DNA of 64,000 nt. Origin: an uncultured Desulfosarcina sp. (GTDB lineage: Bacteria > Desulfobacterota > Desulfobacteria > Desulfobacterales > Desulfosarcinaceae). Positions 8,342 to 18,386 of this stretch are shown in pieces. Under the pieces are notes generated by a model. The model worked only from the letters and a program-made list of their open reading frames with translations, ran no database searches and had not been told where the DNA came from. The stretch's first letter is position 1, and every line of letters begins with the position of its first letter. The position numbers and the translations under genes were made by a program. The stretch spans positions 3,232,001-3,296,000 of the forward strand of contig CAXXWQ010000004.1 of the NCBI GenBank assembly GCA_963674945.2, read 5' to 3'.

Positions 8342-11101
8342 ATGGAAAACAAGAATTTGATCGTAATAAATGGAAATGAACTTCCCTTTGAACAGGGGGA
8401 GACGATTCTGGAGGTGGCCCGTCGGGCAAACATCGATATCCCGACCCTGTGCCATCTCAAGGGGGCCACACCCACGGGCGCCTGCCGGATCTGCGTGGTG
8501 GAGGTGAAAGGGGCGCGCACGTTGCTTCCCTCCTGTTCCACTCCTGCGGCACCCAACATGGTGGTGCGGACCGAATCACCGGAGGTAGTGGCGGCGCGCA
8601 GGGAGATTCTTCGTCTGATGCTCAGCTCCGGAAATCACAATTGTGCCGTCCGCGGGCGGGACGACGGGGACTTCACCCAATTTCAACTGGGCGTCGCCAG
8701 AGATGACGGCTCCGACGAACTGTGTCCGGTGTGGGGGGACTGCCGTCTCCAGGACCTGGCCTACCGCTACCAGGTGACCGGCGAGGGATTTCAGGGAACA
8801 TCGGCCCGCTACCCCATCGAAGAGGTCAATCCGTTTATCGTGCGGGACTTTTCCCGGTGTATCCTTTGCGGGCGGTGCGTTCAGGCCTGCAACGAGGTCC
8901 AGGTGAACAACGCCATCAGTTTCGGCTACCGGGGAGCCAATACCAAGATCATCGCCGCCGGAGACCGGCCGCTGAAGGATTCCGACTGCGTCTTCTGCGG
9001 CGAGTGCGTCCAGGCCTGTCCGGTGGGTGCCCTGGTGGAAAAGGATGTGCGCTACCGCGTCCGTCCCTGGGAGACCCAAACGGTGCGGACCACCTGCAGC
9101 TACTGCGGCGTGGGATGTCAGATGAATCTTCACGTCAAGGACAACAAGGTCGTCAAGGTGACCGGCGTGGACGAGGCCCCCAACAACGGTAGCCTGTGCG
9201 TGAAGGGCCGGTTCGGATTCAATTTCATCGCAAGCGAGGAGCGCCTCACCGATCCGTTGATCAAGGAGAACGGTGAGTTCAGGAAGGCCACCTGGGAAGA
9301 GACCATCGGCAAGGTCGCCGAGAAGTTCAAAGAGATCCGCGATGCCCACGGCAGTGACAGCCTCGGCGTTCTCACCTCGGCCCGCATTACCAACGAAGAG
9401 AACTACATCGCCCACAAGTTCACCCGGGCGGTTCTCAAGACGAACAATATCGATCATTGCGCCCGTCTCTGACACAGCTCCACCGTGGCCGGTCTGGCCG
9501 CAGCCTTCGGAAGTGGCGCCATGACGAACACCATCGCCGACATCGAGGAGGCCGACGTCATCCTCGTCGTCGGTTCCAACACCACGGAAAACCACCCCGT
9601 TATCTCCACCTTCATCAAGCGGGCGGTGACCCGGCGGGGCGCCAAACTCATCGTCGTGGATCCGCGCCGCATCAAGATGACCGAGTTTGCCGAGCAGTGG
9701 GTCCGTCCCGACCTGGGTACTGACGTGGCCTGGATCAACGGCATGATGCACGTGATCATCAAGGAAGATCTTCACGACAAGGCCTTCATCTCGGAGAGAA
9801 CGGAGAAGTTCGACGAACTTGCGGTCATGGTCGAAAAATACACGCCCGAACACGTGGAATCCATCACCGGCATTCCGGCCCGGCAGCTCGTGGACGCAGC
9901 AAGGCTTTATGCCGAAGCAAAGGCGGGAAGCATTGTCTACTGCATGGGGATCACTCAGCACACCACGGGCACGGACAACGTCAAGAGCCTGGCCAACCTG
10001 GCCATGCTTTGCGGCAACCTGGGTATCCGGGGTGGCGGCGTGAACCCCTTGCGCGGCCAGAACAATGTCCAGGGTGCCTGCGATTTGGGTGGCCTTCCCA
10101 ACGTGCTCACCGGTTACCAGACGGTGGACAACCTGGACGCCATCTCCAAGGTGGAGAAGGCCTGGAACGTCACCGGTCTTCCCACGAAGGTCGGTCTCAA
10201 GGTGACGGAGATGTTCCCCAAGGCCCACGAAGGGGAAATCAAGGCCATGTACATCATCGGCGAGAATCCCATGGTCTCCGATGCGGATCTGAACCACGTG
10301 GAGGCGTGCATCAAGCATCTGGACTTTCTCGTGGTCCAGGATATCTTTCTCACCGAGACCGCCCGGATGGCCGACGTGGTGCTGCCCTCCAAGTGCTTCG
10401 CCGAAAAGGACGGCACCTTCTCCAATACGGAGCGGAGGGTACAAAGGGTACGCCAGGCGGTGGATGCTCCGGGCCAAGCCAAGGACGACTGGCAGATCAC
10501 CTGTGAAATCGCAGCCGCCATGGGCTATGAGATGGCCTATGAAAACAGCGAAGCGATTTTCAACGAACTGGCAAGCGTGACCCCCTCCTATGCAGGTATC
10601 CGCTACGACCGCATCGAGAACGAGGGAATCCACTGGCCCTGTCCCACGCCGGAACATCCCGGCACCCCAATCTTGCATGGGGCCCAGTTTACCCGGGGCA
10701 AGGGACTGTTCCACGCTCTCGAGTGGATTCCGCCGGCCGAGAAAATCGACGACGAATATCCGCTCTATCTGACCACCGGCCGGGTGATCTACCACTACCA
10801 CACCGGAACCATGACCATGAAGTCCGATGGGTTGAACGAAAGGGCGCCGGATTCCTTCGTGGAACTCACCATGGACGACGCCAAAAACATGGGAATCGCC
10901 GACGGCGATACGGTGAAGGTGAGCTCCCGCCGCGGCGAGATCCGGGTCCGGGCATTCGTATCCCCCAAGGCCGTGGCGGGAACGGTGTTCATTCCCTTCC
11001 ACTTTGCCCAGGCGGCGGCCAACAAACTGACCAATGGAGCGTTGGATCCGATTTCCGGTATTCCCGAGTACAAGGTGTGTGCGGTAAAAGTATCAAAATA
11101 A
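8342..11101 (+). CDS. fdhF: Selenocysteine-containing formate dehydrogenase alpha subunit with N-terminal 2Fe-2S/4Fe-4S domains (919 aa, Sec377)
   Basis: ORFs 8342-9472 and 9485-11101 are in frame across TGA 9470-9472: DHCARL-U-HSSTVAGL. Also CSYCGVGC and LRGQNNVQG. Confidence 0.95.
9485..9501 (+). promoter_or_regulatory. SECIS-like hairpin (fdh)
   Basis: GTGGCC-GGTCT-GGCCGC, starting 13 nt after the UGA. Confidence 0.75.
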
Positions 11102-11141
11102 AAATAAGAAACGGACGGTTATCCCGTCCGTTTCTTATTTT
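11101..11141. terminator. Intrinsic terminator after fdh
   Basis: 18-bp perfect stem AAAATAAGAAACGGACGG / CCGTCCGTTTCTTATTTT. Confidence 0.85.
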
Positions 11142-11184
11142 TATCAATTAATTTTTTGTGGTTGGTCTTACCTAAAAAACATAT

Positions 11185-11230
11185 AAAAATAAAACCGGCG
11201 CTCTGCTGTTAGAGCGCCGGTTTTATTTTT
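11185..11230. terminator. Intrinsic terminator after the convergent Fe-S gene
   Basis: 20-bp stem AAAAATAAAACCGGCGCTCT / AGAGCGCCGGTTTTATTTTT. Confidence 0.85.
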
Positions 11231-11232
11231 CG

Positions 11233-12555
11233 TTAGAAGTTGGATGATTCGGGGTGAAATACGTCCACTTCCTTGAGGTCGTCGCCAAGGTATTCCCGTT
11301 CATTGGGGCCGAGAATGCCCATGGAGAGGCAGATCAGGGTCCACAGATGCACGGTTTGCCATGCGTGGTCCCGCTGGTCGGCCAGGTCGTGAACCTGGGC
11401 GTGGCAGTTGTGGCAGGGAGTAATGGCGTATTGCGCCCCGGTTGCCAGAATCTGTTGGGCCTTGAGTTCGCCGTAGGCCCGCCGCTGATCCGGGAATCCG
11501 GACTGGAGGAATCCACCGCCGCCGCCGCAACAGAAGTTGTTGGAGCGGTTGGGATGCATGTCGATGAAGTTCTCTTCCCCGACCACCGCTTTCACGACGA
11601 ACCGCAGGTCCTCCGCCACCGGGTCGCCGAAGGATTTTCGTACCAGTTGGCAGGGATCCTGGACGGTGAACTTGATTTTCCGGTCCTTGTTCCAATCGGA
11701 ACTGACCTTGAGTTTGCCCTCCTTGATCCACTGGGCATAGTATTGGATGATGCTCTTGATCTCGAAGTTATAGGGAATCTTGAATTTTTCCAGTCCGAAC
11801 CGGACTGCGAATAGTTCGTGCCCTCACTCCGTATTGAGCCAGACCTTGCAGCCCAGGTCCTCCACCGCCTTTTTCTTCACCTCGACGATGTGTTTCCAGT
11901 TCTCGTCGTCGGCGAGGAACATGCAGTAATTTTCCGCGGCAAAGCCTTTGGTGCCGTAGGTCCAGTCCGCACCCACCGAATGGAGAATCTTCCACAACGG
12001 AACCATCTCGTCGGGTTCAGTCACCGGCTCCCTGGAGTTCTGGTTGAGGTAGAACTGTGCACCCTGCTTGTTGACGGGTGCCTGCATCTCCGCAAATTCA
12101 GGCTGGGCCTCCTGGTACTCTTCCAAAACGTCTTCGACGACGAATTGAAAATCTTCTTCCGTGGCGCCCATGGCGCTGCAGGTGTCATTGCGAAGGGCCA
12201 CGTCACAGGAGCCGAGGATTCCCTTGGGGCGTTCTTCCCGGGGCCATGCGGCACGAGCATGGTAAACCAACTGGGGTATGTTGATTTTCATGGGGCAGAC
12301 GTAAACGCAGCGGACACACATGCTGCACATCCAGACCCACTTTGTGCTCAGGACCTCTTCGTCCATTCCCAGGGCAGCCATTCTCAAGAACTTTCTTGGA
12401 TCCATCCCCTCGAGACCCGTCGCCGGACACCCGGATGAACAGGCGCCACAGGTCAGGCAGAGATTCAGGTTGCCGCCCTCGGGGAGGATCTCCTTCACCT
12501 TGTCGATGAAGACGGACCCCTTTTTTCCGCCGAGTTTGATCGCTTCATCAGCCAT
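11233..12555 (-). CDS. Selenocysteine-containing HdrC/HdrD-like (Fe-S + CCG domain) oxidoreductase (440 aa, Sec244)
   Basis: CLTCGACSSGCP and CSMCVRCVYVCP motifs. The frame stays open through TGA 11824-11826: LNTE-U-GHELF...QDPCQL...FCCGGGGG...PCHNC. Confidence 0.9.
11791..11807 (-). promoter_or_regulatory. SECIS-like hairpin (Hdr-like gene)
   Basis: CAGTCC-GGTTC-GGACTG, 16 nt after the UGA. Confidence 0.75.
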
Positions 12556-12735
12556 AATCCATTAACCTCCGTTGTTTGTTCGTACCCTTCCAGAAATGAA
12601 CGATTTCTAAAATGGGCACTACATTGCTACCGACCACGTAAACGATATACAATTCATCGAGCTTGTATTTATTTACGAAACCCGATCAAAATACAAGGAA
12701 AAAATTTCTGTCAGCAGCATCGATCGTTACCAAAT

Positions 12736-12783
12736 AAGCCACGCGCGTCCTTGCCCGAAAACATGCAAAGACGCGCGTGGCTT
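12736..12783 (-). terminator. Terminator-like hairpin after hdrA/mvhD
   Basis: AAGCCACGCGCGTC / GACGCGCGTGGCTT stem. Confidence 0.6.
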
Positions 12784-12796
12784 CGTGCATAGGGTG

Positions 12797-14431
12797 CTAC
12801 TTGGACGTGATGGTCGCTTCCATTTCCATGAGGATCCGCGAAAAATCGGAACCCATGTTGGCGGCCGTCGTGGCAAAACAGATTCGCTCCTTTTCGAGAC
12901 CGATGGTTTCGATCATTTCCTGGGCGTTGGCGGCACGCCATTTGGCGTACAGGCTGCCCTTTTCCGATTTGCAATTGCCGTTGTGACAGGCCATGATCAC
13001 CACGCCGTCGGCGCCTTCGGCCATGGCCTGCATGACGTAGTCGATGTCCACCTTTCCGGCGCAGGGAACGGCTACGGTCTTCAATCCCTTGGGCAGGGGC
13101 ATGCCGAAGGAAGCGGCCATGTTGGCTGCCTCGAGACCGCTGTTCTGGCAGCAGAATGCCACGATGGTGGGACCACCGTCACCCTTGGCCGCAGCCGATT
13201 CGGTGACCTGCGCGATCATGGCGTCGTCGTTGTAGTCGCCGATCTGAATGGCATCCATGGGGCATTCCGATGCACAGATGCCGCATCCCTGGCAGGCCAC
13301 GGCGGAGAAGACCGGCTTGTTGTCGCTGGACCAGTCGATGGCACCATGGGGGCAGCAGCGGTAGCAGGTCAAGCAGAAGGTGCACTTGCCGATGTCCAAT
13401 ACCGCCTTGTTGGCCGGCACAACGGCCGTCCCGTCGCCCAGCAGGCGACGTACGCGAAGGGCCGCATTCTGGGCGTCCATCAGGTAGCCGTAGCGTTTTT
13501 TCACCCTGCGGCTGCCGCCTATCACGAAGATGCCCTCGCGGTTGGTGTCCACCGGGTAACGATGAACGTTGTCGGTCTGCAGGAATCCCATGCCGCCCGT
13601 GTCGATATTGAGTATTTCGGAGATGGTTTCGTTGACCTTGTCGGCTCCGATGGCTTCTTCCACGACGATGACATCCGGCGTCAATTCCACGTTTCGCTGG
13701 AGGACCGGGTCTTCGTAGGTGATGGTGAGGCTGTCGCCCTCCTGTTTGATCTCGGGAATTGCCGTTAGCTTCACGTACATGGCGCCCTTGTCCCGGCACT
13801 TGAGGTAGAGGCGTTCCAGGCCGTCTTCGGCCACCTTCAGGTCGCCGGCAAACACATAGGCAGCGGTGTCCTTGCTTTCCATGTGCAACACACTCTTGAG
13901 AACGCGTTCTAAGACCAGGGGGTTGCCGTCCTGGGCCAGGCCCATCATGAAGGCTACGGTCTTTCCGCCAAATGCCGACGGGTCATTTTGTAAGGCCTCT
14001 TCCAACTGGCTCTGTGTAATGACCGTATCGGAGAGGATCAGGCCGTATGATTCGTGCATGGGGCAGGTGACCAGTTCCGATGCCACAACGATGGCACCCA
14101 CGGATTTTTCCACGACATCGTCGCTGGCCGACAGCCACACTTTAAAATCGCCGGGACAGCCGGCCGCACCGTCCATCCGGGTTCCGGTCATCACCTCGAT
14201 CATGTCCGAGTCGTTTACCGATTTAATCAGGTCGTCCAGAACCGTTTGCTCTTCACCGTCCAGATCGGCCGCGGTCGTCGCCGTTCCAATGGTACTTCCT
14301 TCGTCAATGAGCACCACCTTATAGCCGCTTGCGGCAATCTCGGTGGCAGCCTTGACGCCGGTCATGCCGGCACCCACCACCAGGACGTCGGTGGTCAGGT
14401 TGATGGTTTCCGTTTGTGTCTGTTGTGTCAT
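12797..14431 (-). CDS. HdrA-like flavoprotein fused to 2x[4Fe-4S] ferredoxin and MvhD domain (QmoB-like architecture)
   Basis: VLVVGAGMTG; CTFCLTCYRCCP and CQGCGICASECP; MvhD motifs AFCC, VPCAGKV, GADGV...ACH..NC. Confidence 0.88.
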   Translation of the reverse strand: MTQQTQTETINLTTDVLVVGAGMTGVKAATEIAASGYKVVLIDEGSTIGTATTAADLDGEEQTVLDDLIKSVNDSDMIEVMTGTRMDGAAGCPGDFKVWLSASDDVVEKSVGAIVVASELVTCPMHESYGLILSDTVITQSQLEEALQNDPSAFGGKTVAFMMGLAQDGNPLVLERVLKSVLHMESKDTAAYVFAGDLKVAEDGLERLYLKCRDKGAMYVKLTAIPEIKQEGDSLTITYEDPVLQRNVELTPDVIVVEEAIGADKVNETISEILNIDTGGMGFLQTDNVHRYPVDTNREGIFVIGGSRRVKKRYGYLMDAQNAALRVRRLLGDGTAVVPANKAVLDIGKCTFCLTCYRCCPHGAIDWSSDNKPVFSAVACQGCGICASECPMDAIQIGDYNDDAMIAQVTESAAAKGDGGPTIVAFCCQNSGLEAANMAASFGMPLPKGLKTVAVPCAGKVDIDYVMQAMAEGADGVVIMACHNGNCKSEKGSLYAKWRAANAQEMIETIGLEKERICFATTAANMGSDFSRILMEMEATITSK

Positions 14432-15612
14432 GAGGCCCTCCCCAGATATTTCATCACTTCGCCGGCAGACTGACCTGCGTTGACGATGGATTCGGCAATG
14501 GTTTTCGGTCCCGAAGCGGTACCGGCAACAAATATTCCCGCCTGGCCGGTAGCCGTCCGGTTGAGGTTGTCGGCACAGGCAAAGAAACCGTCGCTGCTTA
14601 GCCCGATGCCAATCTGTTCGGCGAGCGTCTCATTGTCTGCGCCGGGCATGATGCCCACGGAGAGCACCACCAGGTCGAAATCCTCTTCCACCGCTTCGCT
14701 GTTGCCTTCGGCTGCCATGAAACGGGTCCGGACGCAGTCATTTTCCACCAGATACATGTCTACGGGGATGTTGCGGACGAATTTCATCTCGTCTTTGCAC
14801 TGCTGGTAAAACACGGGGAAGTCATTTCCCGTGTTCTGGATATCCATGTAGAAGATGGTGATGTCCAGTTCAGGGTCCTGATGCTTCATGGCCTGGGCCG
14901 TTCTCAGGGCATATGGGCAGCAAACCTGGCTGCACCACAGGTTTCCCAGCCGCTCGTCCCGGCTGCCCACACATTGAATGAAAGCGACTTTTTTGGGAGG
15001 CTTACCGTCGGAGGGGCGAAGCACCGCGCCGTTGGACCGCTTGCCCGATTCCAGGTCCAGGCCGCTGACCACATTTGCCAACTCGTTGTAGCGGTAGGTG
15101 GATTTGATATTTGGATCGAAAGGGGTGAAACCGGTGGCAACGACGACGGCATCCACTTCGATAGATTTTGCGCTGCCGGCGGTTTCCGGGTTGAGGCTCC
15201 CGTCGGGCTGGTAGTATTTGGCGTTGTTGACGGAAAATCCCTTGACAACCGAGCAGCCCTTGGGGTCGGTGGTATATCCGCCTTCGCATGTCTTGCGGGA
15301 GGTGTCGGTGGCGGCTTTTTTCAGGCCGACCGCGAATTTTCCATTCTTGCTGATCTTGTCCACTTCGGTGGCCAGATGAACCGTGATGGCCGGCTCGTTG
15401 ACCACGTTTTTCAACATGCTTTCGACGGCACAGGCACCGCATTGGCGGCACTCGTCCGTTGCTTTGCAGGCGTATTGGATGGCGTGTCCGCCCAAGTAGT
15501 CGGCCTTTTCCACCAGTTCTACCTGTGCACCGAGGCCGGCAAGCTCCCAGGCTGCCGTCAGACCGGCGATCCCGCCCCCAATGACCATGACTTTTTTCGA
15601 TTTAGTACTCAC
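14428..15612 (-). CDS. Short HdrA-family flavoprotein (QmoA-like)
   Basis: GGGIAG; FIQCVGSRD...WCSQVCC; no ferredoxin insert; GTG start after AAGGAG. Confidence 0.88.
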   Translation of the reverse strand: MSTKSKKVMVIGGGIAGLTAAWELAGLGAQVELVEKADYLGGHAIQYACKATDECRQCGACAVESMLKNVVNEPAITVHLATEVDKISKNGKFAVGLKKAATDTSRKTCEGGYTTDPKGCSVVKGFSVNNAKYYQPDGSLNPETAGSAKSIEVDAVVVATGFTPFDPNIKSTYRYNELANVVSGLDLESGKRSNGAVLRPSDGKPPKKVAFIQCVGSRDERLGNLWCSQVCCPYALRTAQAMKHQDPELDITIFYMDIQNTGNDFPVFYQQCKDEMKFVRNIPVDMYLVENDCVRTRFMAAEGNSEAVEEDFDLVVLSVGIMPGADNETLAEQIGIGLSSDGFFACADNLNRTATGQAGIFVAGTASGPKTIAESIVNAGQSAGEVMKYLGRAS

Positions 15613-15662
15613 GTGAAAACTCCTTTGGTGATCGTTGGTTGACAATGGATGGTCGTCGATGA

Positions 15663-16586
15663 TCAGACCTTGGGCCTGGGCAGGACGTTTGCCCGTTCTG
15701 CAATTTCCGGCACCTTGTGTTCCCATTCGATGGCCATGAGGTGGACGCCGGCGACGCCTTTCATCTCCTTGAACTCTTCGATCTGTTCGCAGGCGATTTT
15801 AATCCCCTCGTCGGCCACCTTCTTCTTATCCACACCCTGGAGTCGTTTGATGATTTCATCGGGAACGTCCATTCCCGGCACCTTGAGCTTCATGTAGCGG
15901 GCCATACCGACGCTCTTCATGGGAGTGATGCCGGCCAGGATGTACACCTTCTCGGTGAGTCCCATGTCCACGGCCTCTTTCACCCAGGTGCGCATCCGTT
16001 CCATGTTGAAGATACACTGGGTCTGAATGAAGTCCACGCCGGCGGCCACTTTCTTGGCCAGACGGTGAACCCGCCATTCATGGGGCGTGGCAAAGGGGTT
16101 GGCAGCACCGCCGATGAAGATCTTGGGAGGCTCGTCGATCTCCGCGCCGCCGAGGAATTTTCCTTCGTCGCGCATCTTCTTCACGGTGCCGATCAACTGG
16201 GTGGAATCGATGTCGAACACCCCCTTGGACTGGGGATGGTCGCCGAACTGCTGATGGTCGCCGGACAGGCAGAGCATGTTACGGATGCCCAGGGCCGATG
16301 CACCGAGGATGTCGGACTGCATGGCCAGGCGGTTTCTGTCCCGGCACACCATCTGATAGTTGGGCTCGAGACCCTCTTGCATGGCAATGAGCGAGGCGGC
16401 CCAACTGGACATTCGGACCATGGCGGTCTGGTTGTCGGTGATGTTGACGGCGTCCACATTGCCGACCAATGGTTTCGCCTTTTCCCGCACCGCCTCCACG
16501 TTGGAACCGCGGGGCGGTCCCAACTCTCCGGTGAAGGCAAAATGACCGGCGCGCAGTATTTTTTCAAGATTGCTTCCTGATTTCAT
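15663..16586 (-). CDS. metF: Methylenetetrahydrofolate reductase
   Basis: TGELGPP, NITDNQ, CRDRNRLAMQSD, LSGDH, FIQTQ. Confidence 0.93.
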   Translation of the reverse strand: MKSGSNLEKILRAGHFAFTGELGPPRGSNVEAVREKAKPLVGNVDAVNITDNQTAMVRMSSWAASLIAMQEGLEPNYQMVCRDRNRLAMQSDILGASALGIRNMLCLSGDHQQFGDHPQSKGVFDIDSTQLIGTVKKMRDEGKFLGGAEIDEPPKIFIGGAANPFATPHEWRVHRLAKKVAAGVDFIQTQCIFNMERMRTWVKEAVDMGLTEKVYILAGITPMKSVGMARYMKLKVPGMDVPDEIIKRLQGVDKKKVADEGIKIACEQIEEFKEMKGVAGVHLMAIEWEHKVPEIAERANVLPRPKV

Positions 16587-16647
16587 ATACAAATCCCTCT
16601 ATTTGCTTGTTTTCCGTTTTCGTGATCCGCATCTCCGGAACGTTTGG

Positions 16648-17331
16648 TTACTTAATACCGAGCGCGGCAAGTCGTTCCTTGTAGCCGGGTTGAACGATGG
16701 TCCGCGGTGTCTGGTTGCGCCAGTCGTTGGGCGGGCAGATTTCGTGGATGTTGTTCAGCCGGCCTTGCTGGGCCAGTCTCTCATGGATGCGATGCCAGGC
16801 ACAGGGCTGGTCGCTGTTGATTTCACAGCTGCCATTGTTGGTTCCACCGCAGGGACCGTTGAACAGGCCCTTGGCACACATGGTGACCGGGCAGATACCG
16901 GCCGTCGTACCCAGAACACAGGTACCGCAGGCGCGACATTTTTCTTCGTACCACCCCACCTCGCGGTTGACACCGATGAAACTGGTGTTGACACCGGGAA
17001 AAACGGGAATTTGAGGGAATCGTTCGGCGATGAATTGGATGCCGGCGCCGCAGGCCATGGAGATGATGGCGTCGTACTCATCCACGATACCGTCCAGTTC
17101 CTCCAAAAACTCCATGTCGCATTGCCGTTCCACCGTAACGCCACCGGTTTCGATGGGTTTGCCGTCCATGCGGCGGGCGATTTTCAGTTCGGAGTTGAGT
17201 ACCCCGACCTCCTTTTCGCCGCCTGCCAGGCATACCGCCACGCAGGTGCCACATCCCACGGTCAGGACCTTTTCAAAGTCTGCGACCATGGCCTTGACCT
17301 CGTCAAAAGGCTTTCGTTCCGCAACAATCAT
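16648..17331 (-). CDS. metV: MTHFR partner subunit MetV
   Basis: GCGTCVAVC, RQCD, ACGAG, C..CGTC...ICP..MCAKGLFNGPCGG; directly upstream of metF. Confidence 0.9.
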   Translation of the reverse strand: MIVAERKPFDEVKAMVADFEKVLTVGCGTCVAVCLAGGEKEVGVLNSELKIARRMDGKPIETGGVTVERQCDMEFLEELDGIVDEYDAIISMACGAGIQFIAERFPQIPVFPGVNTSFIGVNREVGWYEEKCRACGTCVLGTTAGICPVTMCAKGLFNGPCGGTNNGSCEINSDQPCAWHRIHERLAQQGRLNNIHEICPPNDWRNQTPRTIVQPGYKERLAALGIK

Positions 17332-17659
17332 TTTACATTCCTCCTATTTGGCACGGCATGGGGTCAGTGCCATGTGATGGGATACAGCCTGCACCTGTAA
17401 AAGGGGTGTGCGCAAGCTGTATATTTACGCCAAGAGGCGACCCTACCCTGAGAAAATAAAATATGTCAACATATAATAGATGGTTTCCCGGCATGAACCA
17501 CATTTACAAATTAAAAGCCATTTATTTTACATGGGAGCAACCATCCGGCTGAAGGTGCGAAGGCCCCCAAATGGTTAGAAAAATGAATAGTCATTCATTT
17601 TCATGATTTCGTGTTTTGGGAAGATCATGGCCAACTAAGACAAAATTTATAGGTAATGC

Positions 17660-17705
17660 TTGACATGCGATGCGCGTTTCTGATAATGAATGAACATTCA
17701 TTCAT
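17660..17705 (+). promoter_or_regulatory. Sigma70-like promoter overlapped by a FadR/YsiA-type operator
   Basis: TTGACA (17660) then GATAAT (17682); palindrome ATGAATGAACATTCATTCAT at 17686-17705. Confidence 0.75.
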
Positions 17706-17730
17706 GATGCGCTTTTGTGAGGAGGCTGCC

Positions 17731-18345
17731 ATTCGTACGCCAAAGAAAAAAATCGACCGATACCATCAGATTCTGGATGCCGCGATTGCCGTTTTTGCGA
17801 ATAAGGGCTTTTTTCAGTCGACGATCTCCCAAATCGCCAGGGAAGCCGGCGTGGCCGACGGAACGATCTATCTCTACTTCAAGAACAAGGACGATATTCT
17901 GATTCAGTTCTACCATTACAAGACACGGCAGATTTTCGAGCAGTTTCGGGCCTCGGTGGGGCAGGCCAAGACCGCGGAAGAGAAATTGCGGTGCCTCATC
18001 CGCATCCATCTTCAGGAGTTTCAGAAAGACCGGAACATGGCCATCGTCTATCAGGCCGAAACCCACCAGAACCGGCCCATCGGGAAAGAGCACATCAAGG
18101 AGATGTCCAAGATGTACCGGGATATCATTACCGACGTGGTGGAACTGGGGCAGGAAGAGGGGGCCATTCGAAAGGATCTATACCTTGGTCTCGTCAAACG
18201 ATTCATAAATGGCGCCGTTGATGAGGTGATCAACTCGTGGATCCATTCCGGTGGTCAGTACGACCTCGTCTCCATGGCCGACCCGCTTGTGGATCTTTTC
18301 TTAAAGGGTATCGGAAACCACGGCTTTGAACAAATGGCTGTTTGA
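17731..18345 (+). CDS. TetR-family regulator, FadR/YsiA-like (start uncertain: ATT 17731 or ATG 17704)
   Basis: ILDAAIAVFA...IAREAGVADGTIYLYFKNKDDIL helix-turn-helix; heads the beta-oxidation cluster. Confidence 0.9.
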   Translation: MRTPKKKIDRYHQILDAAIAVFANKGFFQSTISQIAREAGVADGTIYLYFKNKDDILIQFYHYKTRQIFEQFRASVGQAKTAEEKLRCLIRIHLQEFQKDRNMAIVYQAETHQNRPIGKEHIKEMSKMYRDIITDVVELGQEEGAIRKDLYLGLVKRFINGAVDEVINSWIHSGGQYDLVSMADPLVDLFLKGIGNHGFEQMAV

Positions 18346-18386
18346 CAAAAAGAACGAAGCAAAACACCATATTTTAGGGGGAAAAC

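Noticed and set aside
8576..11002. 808-aa antisense ORF and similar long shadow ORFs (e.g. 25271-26398, 27626-28852, 29504-30829)
   Set aside because: They mirror well-supported genes in high-GC DNA and carry no recognisable motifs.
15606..15620. parS-like CACGTGAAA
   Set aside because: Only half of the TGTTTCACGTGAAACA palindrome, and it overlaps the hdrA start.
17425..17446. GGGTCG..TGGCG resemblance to a ZTP riboswitch upstream of metV
   Set aside because: The remaining conserved elements, including the 3' GCCTGGGC pseudoknot strand, are absent.
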